Positions 1 to 12,940 of a stretch of DNA of 64,000 nucleotides are shown in pieces (position 1 is the stretch's first letter; the number at the start of each line of letters is the position of its first letter). The stretch comes from Octopus bimaculoides (Eukaryota), in the NCBI RefSeq assembly GCF_001194135.2, contig NC_068981.1, positions 51,306,179 through 51,370,178 on the forward strand, written 5' to 3'. The notes beneath the pieces are model-generated. The model made no database searches. It was not told the DNA's origin and saw nothing but the letters and a program-made list of their open reading frames with translations. A program made the position numbers and the translations under genes.

Positions 1-480
1 TTTTATCCTGGAACAAACGATTTACGTATGGCTTTAAAACATATACTTCTAAATAATGTGGTAGTAAAATTCATTCACATGACCAATGGATTTGTGTGCA
101 TTCAAAATTTAACGTGATCCAATAAAGAATATAAATCGATGATAATGTGCTGACTCTGAAAGCGTTCACTCAGTTTTATTTCAATCTTTTTAAGTGACAA
201 ATTCACATAGAATGGCAAATGAATTTAAAATCAAGATGGCGTGTCCGTTTATTATATACACCTCAAACTAGAGGCAACAAAACAGCATCTTTTTTTTTTA
301 TCCTTCTTCAATAATACTTATCTAGTGGTTTGATATTTAAATACCAAGGCACACCTACTAAATTTTGTTACTTAGTTGACACTATTAATATTTGATATGA
401 AACGTTGGATTTTCTAAACACGAAGAGGTAACAATGTTCTGTTATAATACGTATGTTTCAATAATAATTTATCAATTTAT

Positions 481-518
<38 letters not shown>

Positions 519-2203
519 CATTTGTAAACATTTTGTACATCCAGTGTTCGCAAATTCATTAATGTGTGTGTGTGTGTGTTTATGCGTACGTGTATAAGCG
601 TGCAAGCGTGTATGCCTCTGTGTGTGTGTATTCTATTTTTGTTTTATACGCTTCAGCCCTAAGACTGTGGTCACAATGTGTGTGTTTATGTATAAACACA
701 CACACACACACGCACATACACACACACACACACGCACGCACGCATACACACATACACACAAGCACATATATCCAAATTCAGCCCAGTTGGCTCACGTATC
801 ATGTGTTTATTTATTAGTTGTATGAAATATTTCCACATTATTTTAAAAGCTTCGGAGGCGTGCAACACGTATACCTCAGCAAATGTTCGGAGAAACTGTA
901 AGGGAACTGGAACTGAATTAAACTATTATTACAAACGCACACATACACACATACACACTCACTTACACACACAATTATATATATTTGCGTGAGTACGTAT
1001 ATATGGGGGAATTTACGAAAAAAACAACAGACGAGGACAGGTGGTGTAAACAACATATATATATATATATATACATACTTACAAGCGCACACAAACACAC
1101 TCACACAGCATAGGGACAAACACACACAACACGGGGACACGGACACACACACATATACATGCGTACATACGTTCAACAATATTGTTTGAACATAAATTAT
1201 GAGTAAAACATAAAATAATTTAAACCACAAACTTATTTAATATATTCAAATGATAATTGTATATTAATATATTAAAATTTTGTTTCTCATTTGTAATCGT
1301 ATTCGTAAACCAATTTAAATTTCTTAATTATATTTAAATAGGCGCAATTATCAAACACCCAAAATATAAATTTGACTTAATGAAGGTTTGCGCATTTGTT
1401 TGTGGGTGCGTGTGAATGCGTATATATGTATACGCTCAAATACGTACATACATGCATACATGTATATATCCATACACACATGCATACATACATACATACA
1501 TACATACATACATACAGACAGACAGACATACAAAATACAGGTTTTCACTTAAGTTGATGATGAAATTGATGTGATAAGGTTTTTCTCCTCTCTATTTCTC
1601 GATATAACTAGACATGAATTTGTGACCTCGGAGTTAATTTGCTAACGTGTATATTGGTTTATACGAGTATGTAGAAGAAGGCATTTCCCCATAGTGAACC
1701 ACGGGGTTGCGCAGATACCATCCAACTCATAGACATAGGTGCTATCAAATAATGAAAGAAAAAGTTTTGATAACTAAATCAATTTACAAAATAAAAACAG
1801 TGAATTAAATGGAGTCAAGTTCATTTGTTTTATTGAGTGAAGTATTATATCAAAAAGCTAATCCTCACTGCAGGTACACACATTTAGACTAAGTGCAACT
1901 ATTGAGAATTCCTCGAATTGGTACAAATGGCAATTGAGGAGTATTCTGTTTAATGTGCATATTTCTTACGCTGTTGCCAATTCAAGGAATTCTCAATAGG
2001 CGATTTCCAGCAGAGAAGTTTATTCGTTCATTTCATTACAGGTTTCAAACATTAGATTATGCTGTTTTGCTGGGCACCGAAAAGGTTTTTGCCCGGAGTT
2101 TTGAGCACAATGATTATTTCAACTCTGGGATATAAGCAACAGTACCGATGTTGTTTCGAATGGAACAAACGTCAGCATGCGCACATACCCAATTCACGTG
2201 ATG

Positions 2204-2238
<35 letters not shown>

Positions 2239-2559
2239 NNNNNNNNNNNNNNNNNNNNNNNNNNNNNNNNNNNNNNNNNNNNNNNNNNNNNNNNNNNNNN
2301 NNNNNNNNNNNNNNNNNNNNNNNNNNNNNNNNNNNNNNNNNNNNNNNNNNNNNNNNNNNNNNNNNNNNNNNNNNNNNNNNNNNNNNNNNNNNNNNNNNNN
2401 NNNNNNNNNNNNNNNNNNNNATATATATATATATATACATATATATATTTATATATACATAGATTAGTTTCAGCTCGACAGTTGTGGACATGCTCAAACA
2501 CCGTCGTTATCTTTCCTGCACTTTCACCACAAGAAACATCTTCTGATATATGACATCTG

Positions 2560-3150
2560 GTGAATTAGGGGGTTTCATATTACTGCCTTCAAGTGTGTTT
2601 CCCGCCACAAAGTGGGATTATCTGGAACTCTTGATACGAGGAGATGCAGTTTGGTTTTGAAGATCATCCACCTATATGATCTTGTAGGTTGCTCAGGATT
2701 TTTGAGTGGATACTAAAGAGCTGTGGGCCCTTGAAACCAAGCTGTTTCTGTATCTTCGTCTGTATCCTTTTGGTAATGATGTGATCTTTGGTACTATGCA
2801 GTGGAACCTCATTCTGCTGTTTGTATAATTTTCAGTACCAAAATTTGGTGAATGAACTTTCAGGAATCGCTAGATGTATATCACTGCTTATCGTTCTCAC
2901 CTTCTTTCTAGGAAGTAGAGATTTAACTTTTTCAGCCTCTCCCAGCAGGTAATATGTCGTATTGAGATGATTTTTTATGTATAGCTTCGAGTTCCGCCGT
3001 TAGGTTTTGACTGTGTAGTGACCATAGTTAAGAGCAATAGTCCAAACTGCTGAGGACGAATGTCCCCCAGAGGACCATGGTGCTTTCCTATTCTCTCGTT
3101 CTGAAAGTTCGAAGGATTCACCCGTCCAGCTATCTCACTTTATTGCAAAC
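2560..3150 (-). mobile_element. Degenerate CR1/L2-group non-LTR retrotransposon, C-terminal end of ORF2 (post-RT region)
   Basis: Minus-strand translation gives, with stops and frameshifts, AELEAI..K, CWERLKKLNLYFLERR*ER, KGPQLF and FKTKLHLLVSRVPDNP. These match the conserved CR1/L2-group tail motifs (Y.ERL..L.L.SLE.RR.R, GP.LFN.LP, FK..LD..L..VPD.P). Recognised from family knowledge. Confidence 0.75.
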
Positions 3151-3570
3151 TCACTAATATACACCTGGAAAGATGCATCATTACTTATGTCAATGTCCAG
3201 GTCACGCACTGATTTTATTCAAGGATAACAATCCCTGTGGGTCCAGTGTATCTTATCTGCATTTCATACAGTTTCGTATGTTGGTAGCGCAGGGCTTTGT
3301 ATTAGACTGCATGTTTTTGTCCTTAGCCCACCTGCATATCATGCCCAACTCATGTTGCGGGTGCATGGCATTTCCAATGTCCTTTTTTCTCTGAGAAACT
3401 TTTGGTGGCTATGTGAGTAGCTGTAGGTATGTCTGAGAAGGCCACTATGAATATCAGTGGCCCCAAGACCGTGCTCTGTGGGAAACCACTCATATATCTG
3501 TATGTATATATAAGAGCAAGAGAGAAAGAGAGACGGGCAAGCAGTCAAGCCTAGAGTCATTCAGACAAAC

Positions 3571-3710
3571 ATAGATACGGACGAACTTCGATATGTGTTC
3601 CGCCTACCATATTCTATTCACAAGTCATTGGTTGAGATGAGTTATAACAGAAAGCTTTTTTCTCATAGTGAACCATGTGGTTGAAAGAGAGCTTCTCAAA
3701 TTATAGTCAT
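3571..3710 (-). mobile_element. Degenerate tRNA-derived SINE, family B (octopus OR-like), 5' part
   Basis: Shares GAACCATGTGGTTG, TCACAAG..TTGGT and CCG.CTACCA blocks with the better-preserved copy at 10715-10861. Confidence 0.6.
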
Positions 3711-4577
3711 AGATCACATCATATATATTAAGATAAAGTTACATTTCTATAAATGAAATACAGTTATTTCTGACTTGCATCCACATGAACATTTCATGTT
3801 TAGCGTTTCTGGAAATCTAACTATATAATCATCTCAACAATGGGACTAAGATTTGTAGAGCAACGACTAATGAAAACAGTGCTAAACCAGATTGAAAATT
3901 TAATGAGATTTCAGCGATCAATGACAAGTCCGAATTTGAACACTAGATTTGCTAAATTAGTAGATTTTTACGTGCGGCTCATACAATATATTTCAATAAC
4001 AAAATAATAGCCTGATCAATGGTGTTTTCTTTTTATTGTCTATGCGATGTTATTTGTACATTCAAAAAAGATTTCCATGCTATAAAGAAAAATATGATAA
4101 TGTTAAACAACAATGAATTGCAGGGGTGGACTGCTATGTTTTTGTTTAGATAATATATACAAATATCTACATATTTAATTTTATAATCGCATAATACAAG
4201 CTAAAATATTTTTCCTTTAAATTGTTGAATAACTACTGCAAAAATCATTTATATTAAAGTATGTGAAAATATGTCATAATTGCAGCAAGACTAAGTGGAT
4301 TTTATGTTTCAAGTAATCATTTTCGATGTTCAATATAAGTTAATCCAACTTATACAATATCCATTATTCAATCAAAAGAAAATTGAAACCATATGTAAGT
4401 ACTTACGTAAGCATTCTTTTGCCTGATTTTAAAGTTAAATTTCTGACTTCTCTCGCACATGGTTTCCCACGGGAAAGATTTATTATACCGAGTATTTACA
4501 TGCAGACACAGCATAAGTAGTTGAGCATGAAATCCTCTACGAAGGAATGGAATTTTACACACAAATTCTATTTAGAT

Positions 4578-4727
4578 GCGTTACGTCCACCAAAAGTAGC
4601 AGTTCGGTATATGATCCGATGAAATAAGGCTTAAAAAATATGATCAGGAGATGATTTGTTCGACGAAACCCATCAAAGTGGTGCCACAGTATGGCTGCCG
4701 TCTAATGAGGGAAACGAGATAAAAGAT
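4578..4727 (+). mobile_element. SINE family B, 3' part
   Basis: TTACGTCC...AGC.GTTCGG...GATTTGTTCGAC...GGTGCCACAGTATGGC...TCTAATGAGGGAAAC.AG.TAAAAGA resembles the 3' half of an abundant octopus SINE as I recall it; not searched. Confidence 0.55.
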
Positions 4728-6093
4728 GATAGACTAACAGAATCAAGGAAACGCTGATAATGACATTTAGCAAACAGTAACTGGTTGAGTTTTGGACTTC
4801 AACAACTTGTTTGACAACCAGCAGAGTGATAATGACTTCACTATATAAAGTAGGAATAAGAACATTACAGTCAAAACTAATACTGAACAAAACTATCTAT
4901 AAATGAAAGTCCATTGCTTTTTTGTCTTTTTAATAATCTTATCTCATAGACAAAGTAAACACTGATAATAACATCTCAAGCTAGTTAAAAATATTAGGGT
5001 ATTTATTCCGGTCAACAATTAGAAATTTTCAAGCAAATTGGTTATTTATTTTTTGAAGTCTATCACCTTTCAAATTACTACCCTTTTCCACTATTTCTAC
5101 GTGCCGAAGAGGGAGATTCTATAAGTCAACATACATATATATATATATANNNNNNNNNNNNNNNNNNNNNNNNNNNNNNNNNNNNNNNNNNNNNNNNNNN
5201 NNNNNNNNNNNNNNNNNNNNNNNNNNNNNNNNNNNNNNNNNNNNNNNNNNNNNNNNNNNNNNNNNNNNNNNNNNNNNNNNNNNNNNNNNNNNNNNNNNNN
5301 NNNNNNNNNNNNNNNNNNNNNNNNNNNNNNNNNNNNNNNNNNNNNNNNNNNNNNNNNNNNNNNNNNNNNNNNNNNNNNNNNNNNNNNNNNNNNNNNNNNN
5401 NNNNNNNNNNNNNNNNNNNNNNNNNNNNNNNNNNNNNNNNNNNNNNNNNNNNNNNNNNNNNNNNNNNNNNNNNNNNNNNNNNNNNNNNNNNNNNNNNNNN
5501 NNNNNNNNNNNNNNNNNNNNNNNNNNNNNNNNNNNNNNNNNNNNNNNNNNNNNNNNNNNNNNNNNNNNNNNNNNNNNNNNNNNNNNNNNNNNNNNNNNNN
5601 NNNNNNNNNNNNNNNNNNNNNNNNNNNNNNNNNNNNNNNNNNNNNNNNNNNNNNNNNNNNNNNNNNNNNNNNNNNNNNNNNNNNNNNNNNNNNNNNNNNN
5701 NNNNNNNNNNNNNNNATATATATATATATATATATACACGAAATGTCAGTCAAACTTGCTTCAAATCACTCATTTTGTCGAGAAAGGTCGGATATAATAG
5801 AAAAGTTAGTTGAAGATTGACTTTCATTGAATAACAGACGAAATAGTAATGACTGGAAAGCTTCTGGTGATTTGATCAGGACTAGCATCGTATAAATAAA
5901 AACAACAAAAATCACACAGCCCAAACAAATGAAACGATTTCACAAATCACATACACCATTAAATCTGCAAAGAAATTATAAAACCTTCAAGAGTTTCTAT
6001 TTTGAAAGCTGTGTTCCTTCTAGTATGTTGATAGATTCCTTTGTAACGGCTCCGAACTCCATTGAAATCATCCTCATCTACAACCATACTACT

Positions 6094-6280
6094 AAGGCGG
6101 CGAGTTGGCAGAACTTTAGCGCTCCTGACAAAATGTTTACCGGCATTTCGTTCACCTTTACATTCCGATTACAAATTCCGTCGACGCTGACTTTGTCTTT
6201 CATCCCTTTGGGACCGATAACATAAGTGCTAATTGAGTACTAGATTGACGTAATTGACTTACCCCACGCCCCAAAATGCC
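6094..6280 (+). mobile_element. tRNA-derived SINE, family A (octopus OK-like), near full length and diverged
   Basis: Starts AAGGCGGCGAGTTGGCAGAA (A-box-like), then a degenerate B box (TTACAAATTCC), GACTTTGTCTTTCATCC and a CCCCAAAAT tail; aligns by eye with copies at 52243 and 60722. Confidence 0.75.
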
Positions 6281-7389
6281 GTTTTTTTACCAAAACTTGA
6301 AATCAGTTACAACCATACCAAAATAACTATTATGCATCATTAGTTAGGTGAATCACGTGTATATTTAACGTAATCCACAGGTAGCGTCATGTATACACGC
6401 ATATCCTAAAGGTTCATTTGAAAATCCTTTAGTAGACATTTGCGCATGGTGCCCTACAGAGATCGATACTGAATTCTCATAATTCCAAAACGAATATAGC
6501 CATCCAGACATTGTGCAATGACCACTGTCATTGACTGACAAATACGTACACTCTACAATTATTGTAACTGTTAGCATGCACCACGCCATCGCAGTTCCTC
6601 AACAACAGCAACTACTTAGATAAATAAGTAAATAAAACAATCAGTTAAGTATTCAGTTCAATTCTTTTGTAAATCATAAGTACCCACAGGTCGGCGTGTA
6701 TATCTGGTTTCTGTAGCAATTAACTAAGTCGAGGTAAATCTGTGGCAGCATTAAATCTTGATCTGTTTCAGCTTCTTCTTCGCTTCTTAAGTTTAACAGA
6801 GCGCAAAATGTTAATTACACATGGTTTGCTAGACACCGTAAAAGTTGTATGATGTAACTCTACCAGTTACCAATAGCAAGTAAATCCCTTTGTATTAGTT
6901 TCTCTCACAAAAGAGGACATCTTTTGCTTTCCTACATCTTCAAAAGTCATGAAACTGTGTAGAGTTCTATAAAATTTCTGTTTTTTTTTTCAAGAGCACA
7001 TGCCACCTAAGTGAAATGTATATATTTTGTTGCAAATTGATTCAAATTTATATTAATTGTAATACCGATTTCGTAAAGTTCACCATGATAATCATAAATA
7101 CTTATTGCAAATGTAATAACAGGATAATTTAATATACTCTAGATTGATCACGTTGCCTGGAATACTAGTGAAATATCCTTCACTTAATGTACCTTTGTTC
7201 CATGACAGTTGGTAGAAAGAGAGGGAAATGTCTTCAAACTAGACACACAATCCTAAACCTCGCAAACAAATGGGGTTTGCTAAACGTACCCATGTGTCCT
7301 GTGATAGAATTTAAGTCAGGTGACTGATTGCAGAAACCAAAAAGAAGTGTAAATAATTACCCGAACACTTTCCAAACAGTTTCCTTCCT

Positions 7390-7700
7390 TCAAATTAACC
7401 CGCATGGAGCTGGTCTAAGCGATACTATGGTAGTAGACGCTTTCACAAGGTGCTGCATAGAAGGAATGAACCTGAAAACAGAGTACAGAGCAAAATTCTT
7501 AACCAGTGTATCAGGTGCTATAAAATGATTGTCAGAATACATAATTTAGTCAGACACACATTATGTTTTCAAAAAACTAAAAACGAATTGGCTATAGTTG
7601 GAAAACTTTTTAGTATCCTGCTACTTGATCAGAGGTAAGCAGAGATCTAGGCAACACAACAACAGCAAAAACAAAATCTATCAGATCACCTGACTAAATA
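7390..7700 (+). mobile_element. Possible highly degraded RTE-clade LINE C-terminal fragment
   Basis: Frame-hopping motifs HGA(G), DAF(H/T)R and IRGKQRSRQ loosely resemble RTE YGAETW / LDAF.TR / GKRSRGR. Weak. Confidence 0.3.
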
Positions 7701-8388
7701 CAGGACAATGTTTGTTGCTTGGTCAATTTACATGATAGAAATGATATTGAAACCTTTATTAAATTGTACCAACTGTTTAAAGAAGGATGGATTTTTTGGC
7801 TAATGCAGTTCCAGGTTCAGTATGTTTAAAGATATTGGGATCAGCGTATCGAAAATTACTTTGATCATACGTCTGCACGATAGAGCAGACATAGGTCTAA
7901 ACAACAACAATGATGACATTTTAGTATGCATAGGAGAGCAATGAACATAATACTTTATAGTATGTATATTAACAACTTTATTAATCGTAGTCCAAATTTC
8001 ACTAAGTTGGACATCGATTTAGATCTCTCTTACATTAATACATTATGTAATATATATATACTGTGGTCATCAAAGTCCTCTATTACACCTTCTAAAAGAA
8101 CGTTTCATACTACAAGAAATCAATATTTACTACAATGGTGTAAAAACAACATATTTTAATGTTTACTATTCTATATTTACCCAATAAATTATCAACAAAT
8201 CTTAGAAATGTTAAAAATCAATATCTAACCAATAAATTCTTGTCGTTTCTATTGAAAATTAAAATATTACGAATTGCATTCATGTGCATCTGCATTTATG
8301 TATTATATATATATATATATATACATATGTATGTGTGTGTGTATGTATGCATATTGAATTATAATACACACACACTCACACACACACA

Positions 8389-8440
<52 letters not shown>

Positions 8441-10437
8441 TATATAGATGCATATGCTTGTGTGCATTTATATACATACGTCTGTATGGTATTCATATTA
8501 ATTCACACATATTTTGATGTGGTAGGCCAATAATTGCACAGATTATATTAAGTGTTAATTTATTTTATATTTAATCTAGTGTTCAAATATATGGCGTCCG
8601 GAATCATTAGGATACATATATTATATGCGATTTCCACTGTTTTTCCAAAATATATTACAATTTAAAAGATTTTATAAACTCTCTGTGCATATGTGGCACA
8701 TAATTCCTCACGAATATGCATTCACATGCCTAAACACACTCACGTACTCATACTCATGACACGGATTTTTTTGAAGATGCATATTGTAAACTTCATCAAT
8801 ACGGGTAATTGTTTCGTATTTATACTTAATTGCTTTTATTTTTCTTATTTTTGATAGCATAGTCTTTTGTGTCATTTCCCTTGGAGATTTTATATTTTGG
8901 CACAGGATGTTCTGTCTGATGCAATTGCGATTTACAAAACCTGAAGCTCATCATGAAGACACAGAAATATTTTCATTCTTAGCAATCTCTCAACATAACG
9001 AGGTTGTTTCAAATGCTCAACTGTTTTGTGTCATTATTACGCATATTGACACTTTTTTATAAATTTGAATGTTAATATTAAGTTTATATATTCATCTTTG
9101 TATCTAATCAGGAATACAAATTTTATGAATGCAATTTTCAATTAAAACAACGTATAAATTTCAATTGCAATCTAATTTTCATTAAGACATTATGCATGTT
9201 ATGTATGTTGACATTTTGCGACGTGCATGCTAATAAATTTAACATTGTTGGTTCTGATATTCATGCTAAAATCTCGTGATTGCTTTTTATATTTTACAGA
9301 ATTAATTCAAGATTTACTTCTATTGTTAATTTCTATATGCATTATTTATTTTCATTATTTATAAAGACACATATACAATCTATGCTGAACAATGTATAAG
9401 AGCACTTTTAAAAATGTTCCATTATATTCTGTAAATTACAAACAATGTAACAATTACAATTATTGCAATTATTCTATCAGGCATTTTATAATGCTGATAG
9501 TGCTAAAAAAATCTTTTCTCCTACTACACTGAAATTTTATTTATTCATATAAGCTATAAATAACTTGCGTAATTAGATTAGCAGCTTTCAGAAAAATAAG
9601 CCATCATACATTCTATCCTGTGGAAAACTTTAGTAAGACTTCTTGTTTTGCTGATGATATTTTTCTGTTGAAATATTTTTCTGATAATACTTAACTTAAC
9701 TGATATAGTTAATACTTAACTGATATTTTTCTGTTAATACTTAACTACCGATTTTTAGAGTGTTATATTTAAAAATACAATATTCTATTCACTCATAATA
9801 AGAATATTACGATTTTATCACAACAAAATATTACGTTGTATTTTAACTCGTTCGGGACCCTTCAAGTGCTGCTCCTCACTCATTTTCTTTGCATTGACTC
9901 TTCAACATAACATTTGTTGTTTCATAAAATTATCGTGTCAAGGAGCATTCCAACAAATCTAGTAGGGAATAGCCATATTAATTGTCTCCTGTAAGTTGAG
10001 TGACTTGCACGAAACTGGCAAGATACGAGGTAGCAGCACAACATTAAAGTTAGAAACAATTATAGCCTTGCAATACGGTACTTGGAGGGAAACATCCATG
10101 CTGGCTGCCCCCTACAGATTCACCAACATTTCCAGTTATATATATATATATATATTATGTTATATTATATTACATATTACATATAAATATAATATGTATA
10201 TATGTATATATGTATATATATACAAAATCTATATGAAGATAAACATATCTGTACAAGCATATAGATATTTATATATATTGATAAGTAAACATAGCTGTAC
10301 ATCGAATGTAAATACGTTTTAACTGGAAGCTCAGATGTACGTAGTAATTCTAATATACATAATTAGCAGATGACATGTGCAAACAGTTTATGAATATGAA
10401 ACAATGAAACCAATAGATGATTGCATAGAAACATTAC

Positions 10438-10441
<4 letters not shown>

Positions 10442-10506
<65 letters not shown>
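10442..10506. repeat. (CT)n microsatellite
   Basis: Direct reading. Confidence 0.95.
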
Positions 10507-10511
<5 letters not shown>

Positions 10512-10517
10512 GTTCTT

Positions 10518-11360
10518 ATGTAATCGTGATCAGACATAGACTCCCCCCACTGGGAATCCCACCTTTGACTAAGTGCAACATAGAAACATGGCAGCTGCAG
10601 AAAGAGAGGCAAACAACAGACATTTTTTTATATAAAATAATAAAATTGCATTGAATTTATCTTTTAATGATGAAATTATTTAATTCTAATTTATATTTAT
10701 ATATATTGTATATATAACGACGTTCGACCAAATCCCATCACAAGGTTTTGATTGGTACAAGGTTATAGTAGGAGAGGCTTGCCTTACACCTGCCACGCAA
10801 TAGGACTGAACCCGGAACCATGTGGTTGGGAAGCGAATTCTTACAACAAAGTCACGCCAGCAACGGTGTGGTTTTCATTTTATTCCAGTCATATAATTGT
10901 ATCAACTTTTTCCAATTGTTTCTGCAGTTCTTTCTTTTACTGTTGTTTAAATTAAGAGTGAGACTTTTATATGGAAAGTAAAATACTGTAAATCTTCATT
11001 AATCAAAATTAAACTGTAGCAGTGATAATGTTATTGAAATGAAGACAATATTGTCATGACAAAAATAATGCTGGCAATCTTTGGTTGATTACCAAACAAA
11101 CAACTTACTTAAAAAGGTAGAATGTCTACTACTTTTGCTGAAGGTGCTACTTACCACTAAAATGTTAGTTACATTGTTTATTAATAATTGAATATCTTAT
11201 CCGTCTCTTGCAATCGTCTGCGACCTGGAAGTATGTACTACAATTTCGTTAATTATTTTAAGCACTAATGTAATCGTGAGCAGACATAGACATCCCTGTG
11301 GGAACTCCCACCTTTAACCAAGTGCAATATAGAGACATGTCAGCTGCAGAGAGAGAGAGG
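10518..11360 (+). repeat. Two diverged direct copies of a ~90-bp motif (10518-10609 and 11268-11360)
   Basis: ATGTAATCGTGA(T/G)CAGACATAGAC...GGGAA.(T)CCCACCTTT.AC.AAGTGCAA.ATAGA.ACATG.CAGCTGCAGA.AGAGAG is present twice. Confidence 0.9.
10715..10861 (-). mobile_element. tRNA-derived SINE, family B, 5' half
   Basis: Reverse complement reads GCTGGCGTGACTTTGTTGTAAGAATTCGCTTCCCAACCACATGGTTCCGGGTTCAGTCC, a tRNA-like head with A- and B-box-like blocks (GGTTCAGTCC). Confidence 0.75.
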
Positions 11361-11383
11361 GAGAAGGAGGGAGACAGACAGAC

Positions 11384-11384
<1 letters not shown>

Positions 11385-11433
<49 letters not shown>

Positions 11434-11495
11434 GAAACAAAGGAAGGAACGAAAGAAACAAAATAAATATAGAAAGAAAGAAAGAGTAAAGGAGA

Positions 11496-11568
<73 letters not shown>

Positions 11569-11612
11569 AACAAACAAACAAAGACAGACAGACAGACAAA
11601 GAATAGAAAGAA
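11385..11612. repeat. Compound (GAAA)n/(GACA)n/(CAAA)n microsatellite
   Basis: Direct reading. Confidence 0.95.
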
Positions 11613-12783
11613 AGAGACACAGAGAACTACTACTCAATTCCGGCTGATATACTAGAGGAAACCAAAAGACGTGTCTTACCCCGGGGAAACATGCGCTGCC
11701 CACAGCAGGAATTAAAATCACAAATATATAATCGTGAACCGAATAACGTAGAAGACTGAGTACTGAAGACAAAAGTTCGCGCTCCAAATTCGTCAGTTGC
11801 TCTCTGCAGGTTCATGTTAAAATGTGATTGATTTTATCCACAAGTATATATGTGTGCGTGTATGTGTGTATTGATATATTAGTTATAGTTGTATCTATAC
11901 ATGTTTCAGATATGTCTGTTTATATGTGGATACTGTTTAGTGATAGAATGGGTAGGAATACAATGTTAACAGTGTTTAGCGTCACAACATATATGCGTAC
12001 AGAGAAATTAAGAAGGGCGTATATATATATATATGTGAGTGTGTGCGCGCGTGGACAGTCCACACACAAGCACACGCACACACGCACATACATGCATGCA
12101 CGCATACTTACATTCGTACATAGACACATTGAGTATGTGTATGTGTGTGTGTGTATGTGTGTGGATTTTTAAATAGGATTTGGTAACAGTATTTTCTATT
12201 TTTCCAAATTTATTCTATCATACTTAATTATATTTATTTAATTTTATCCATTTCAGTTCAATTATTTATAGTTTGTTAATTGAAAATTTCCCAATTTTCA
12301 TTTAATACAGACGAAAATATTTCATCTTTTACAGGTATTAATAACATAGCATTTATCTTTTCCAGAATTATGTAAATGTAAAAATTTTAATTCCAAGTTT
12401 CGGATTTTTTTCTTTTTTTTTTAAATTTTATATTTTGTAAGTCAGGTGATCCGAGACTGTGTTGAATCCAAGCCTATTTACTTTGTGGAAAGCCATCTTA
12501 GTAATTTTAAGAACTCAGAAATGCGTTATATTCATTCTCTTTTTATTTCTGAAGTGTCAGCGAACAAAGCTCAGATCGCTGCAAGACCTTTAACACAAAA
12601 ATAAATGAGGAACGGATATCACAGACTTTTCTTCGATATTAATAGGCTACGATGACTCTTTCACGATGTAACTAGCTGTCAGCTTATTAGTTACAATTGT
12701 TAAAAGTAATAAAATCCAAAACTATTTCTTTTGGAAGATGTCACAGGTTTGTATATTAATGTGTATTATTTAAATTTATGAAA

Positions 12784-12940
12784 GAGGCAAACTGATAGAA
12801 TCATCATATCGTCGTGAAAAAGAGTGACGGCATTCGATTTGGCATTCGATCTTTATGTTCTGAGTTTAAACCTATCGAGGTTGACATTACCGTTCATCCT
12901 CCAGTGTCGATAGAATAAATTATCAATCGATTACTAGCTT
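12784..12940 (+). mobile_element. Degenerate SINE, family A
   Basis: GGCAAACTGATAGAATC...TTATGTTCTGAGTTTAAA...GAGGTTGACATTACCGTTCATCC...GTCGATAGAATAA aligns by eye with other family A copies. Confidence 0.65.

Noticed and set aside
566-1548. ORFs rich in CV/HT/YI dipeptides
   Set aside because: Translations of (GT)n, (CA)n and (TA)n microsatellites; the same applies to ER/LS, poly-I/Y/S/M and FFLS ORFs throughout the window.
6365-6800. Short protein-like frames (VASCIHAYPKGSFENP on plus, LRSEEEAETDQDL on minus)
   Set aside because: No recognisable family and no consistent acceptor/donor pair bounding an open frame.
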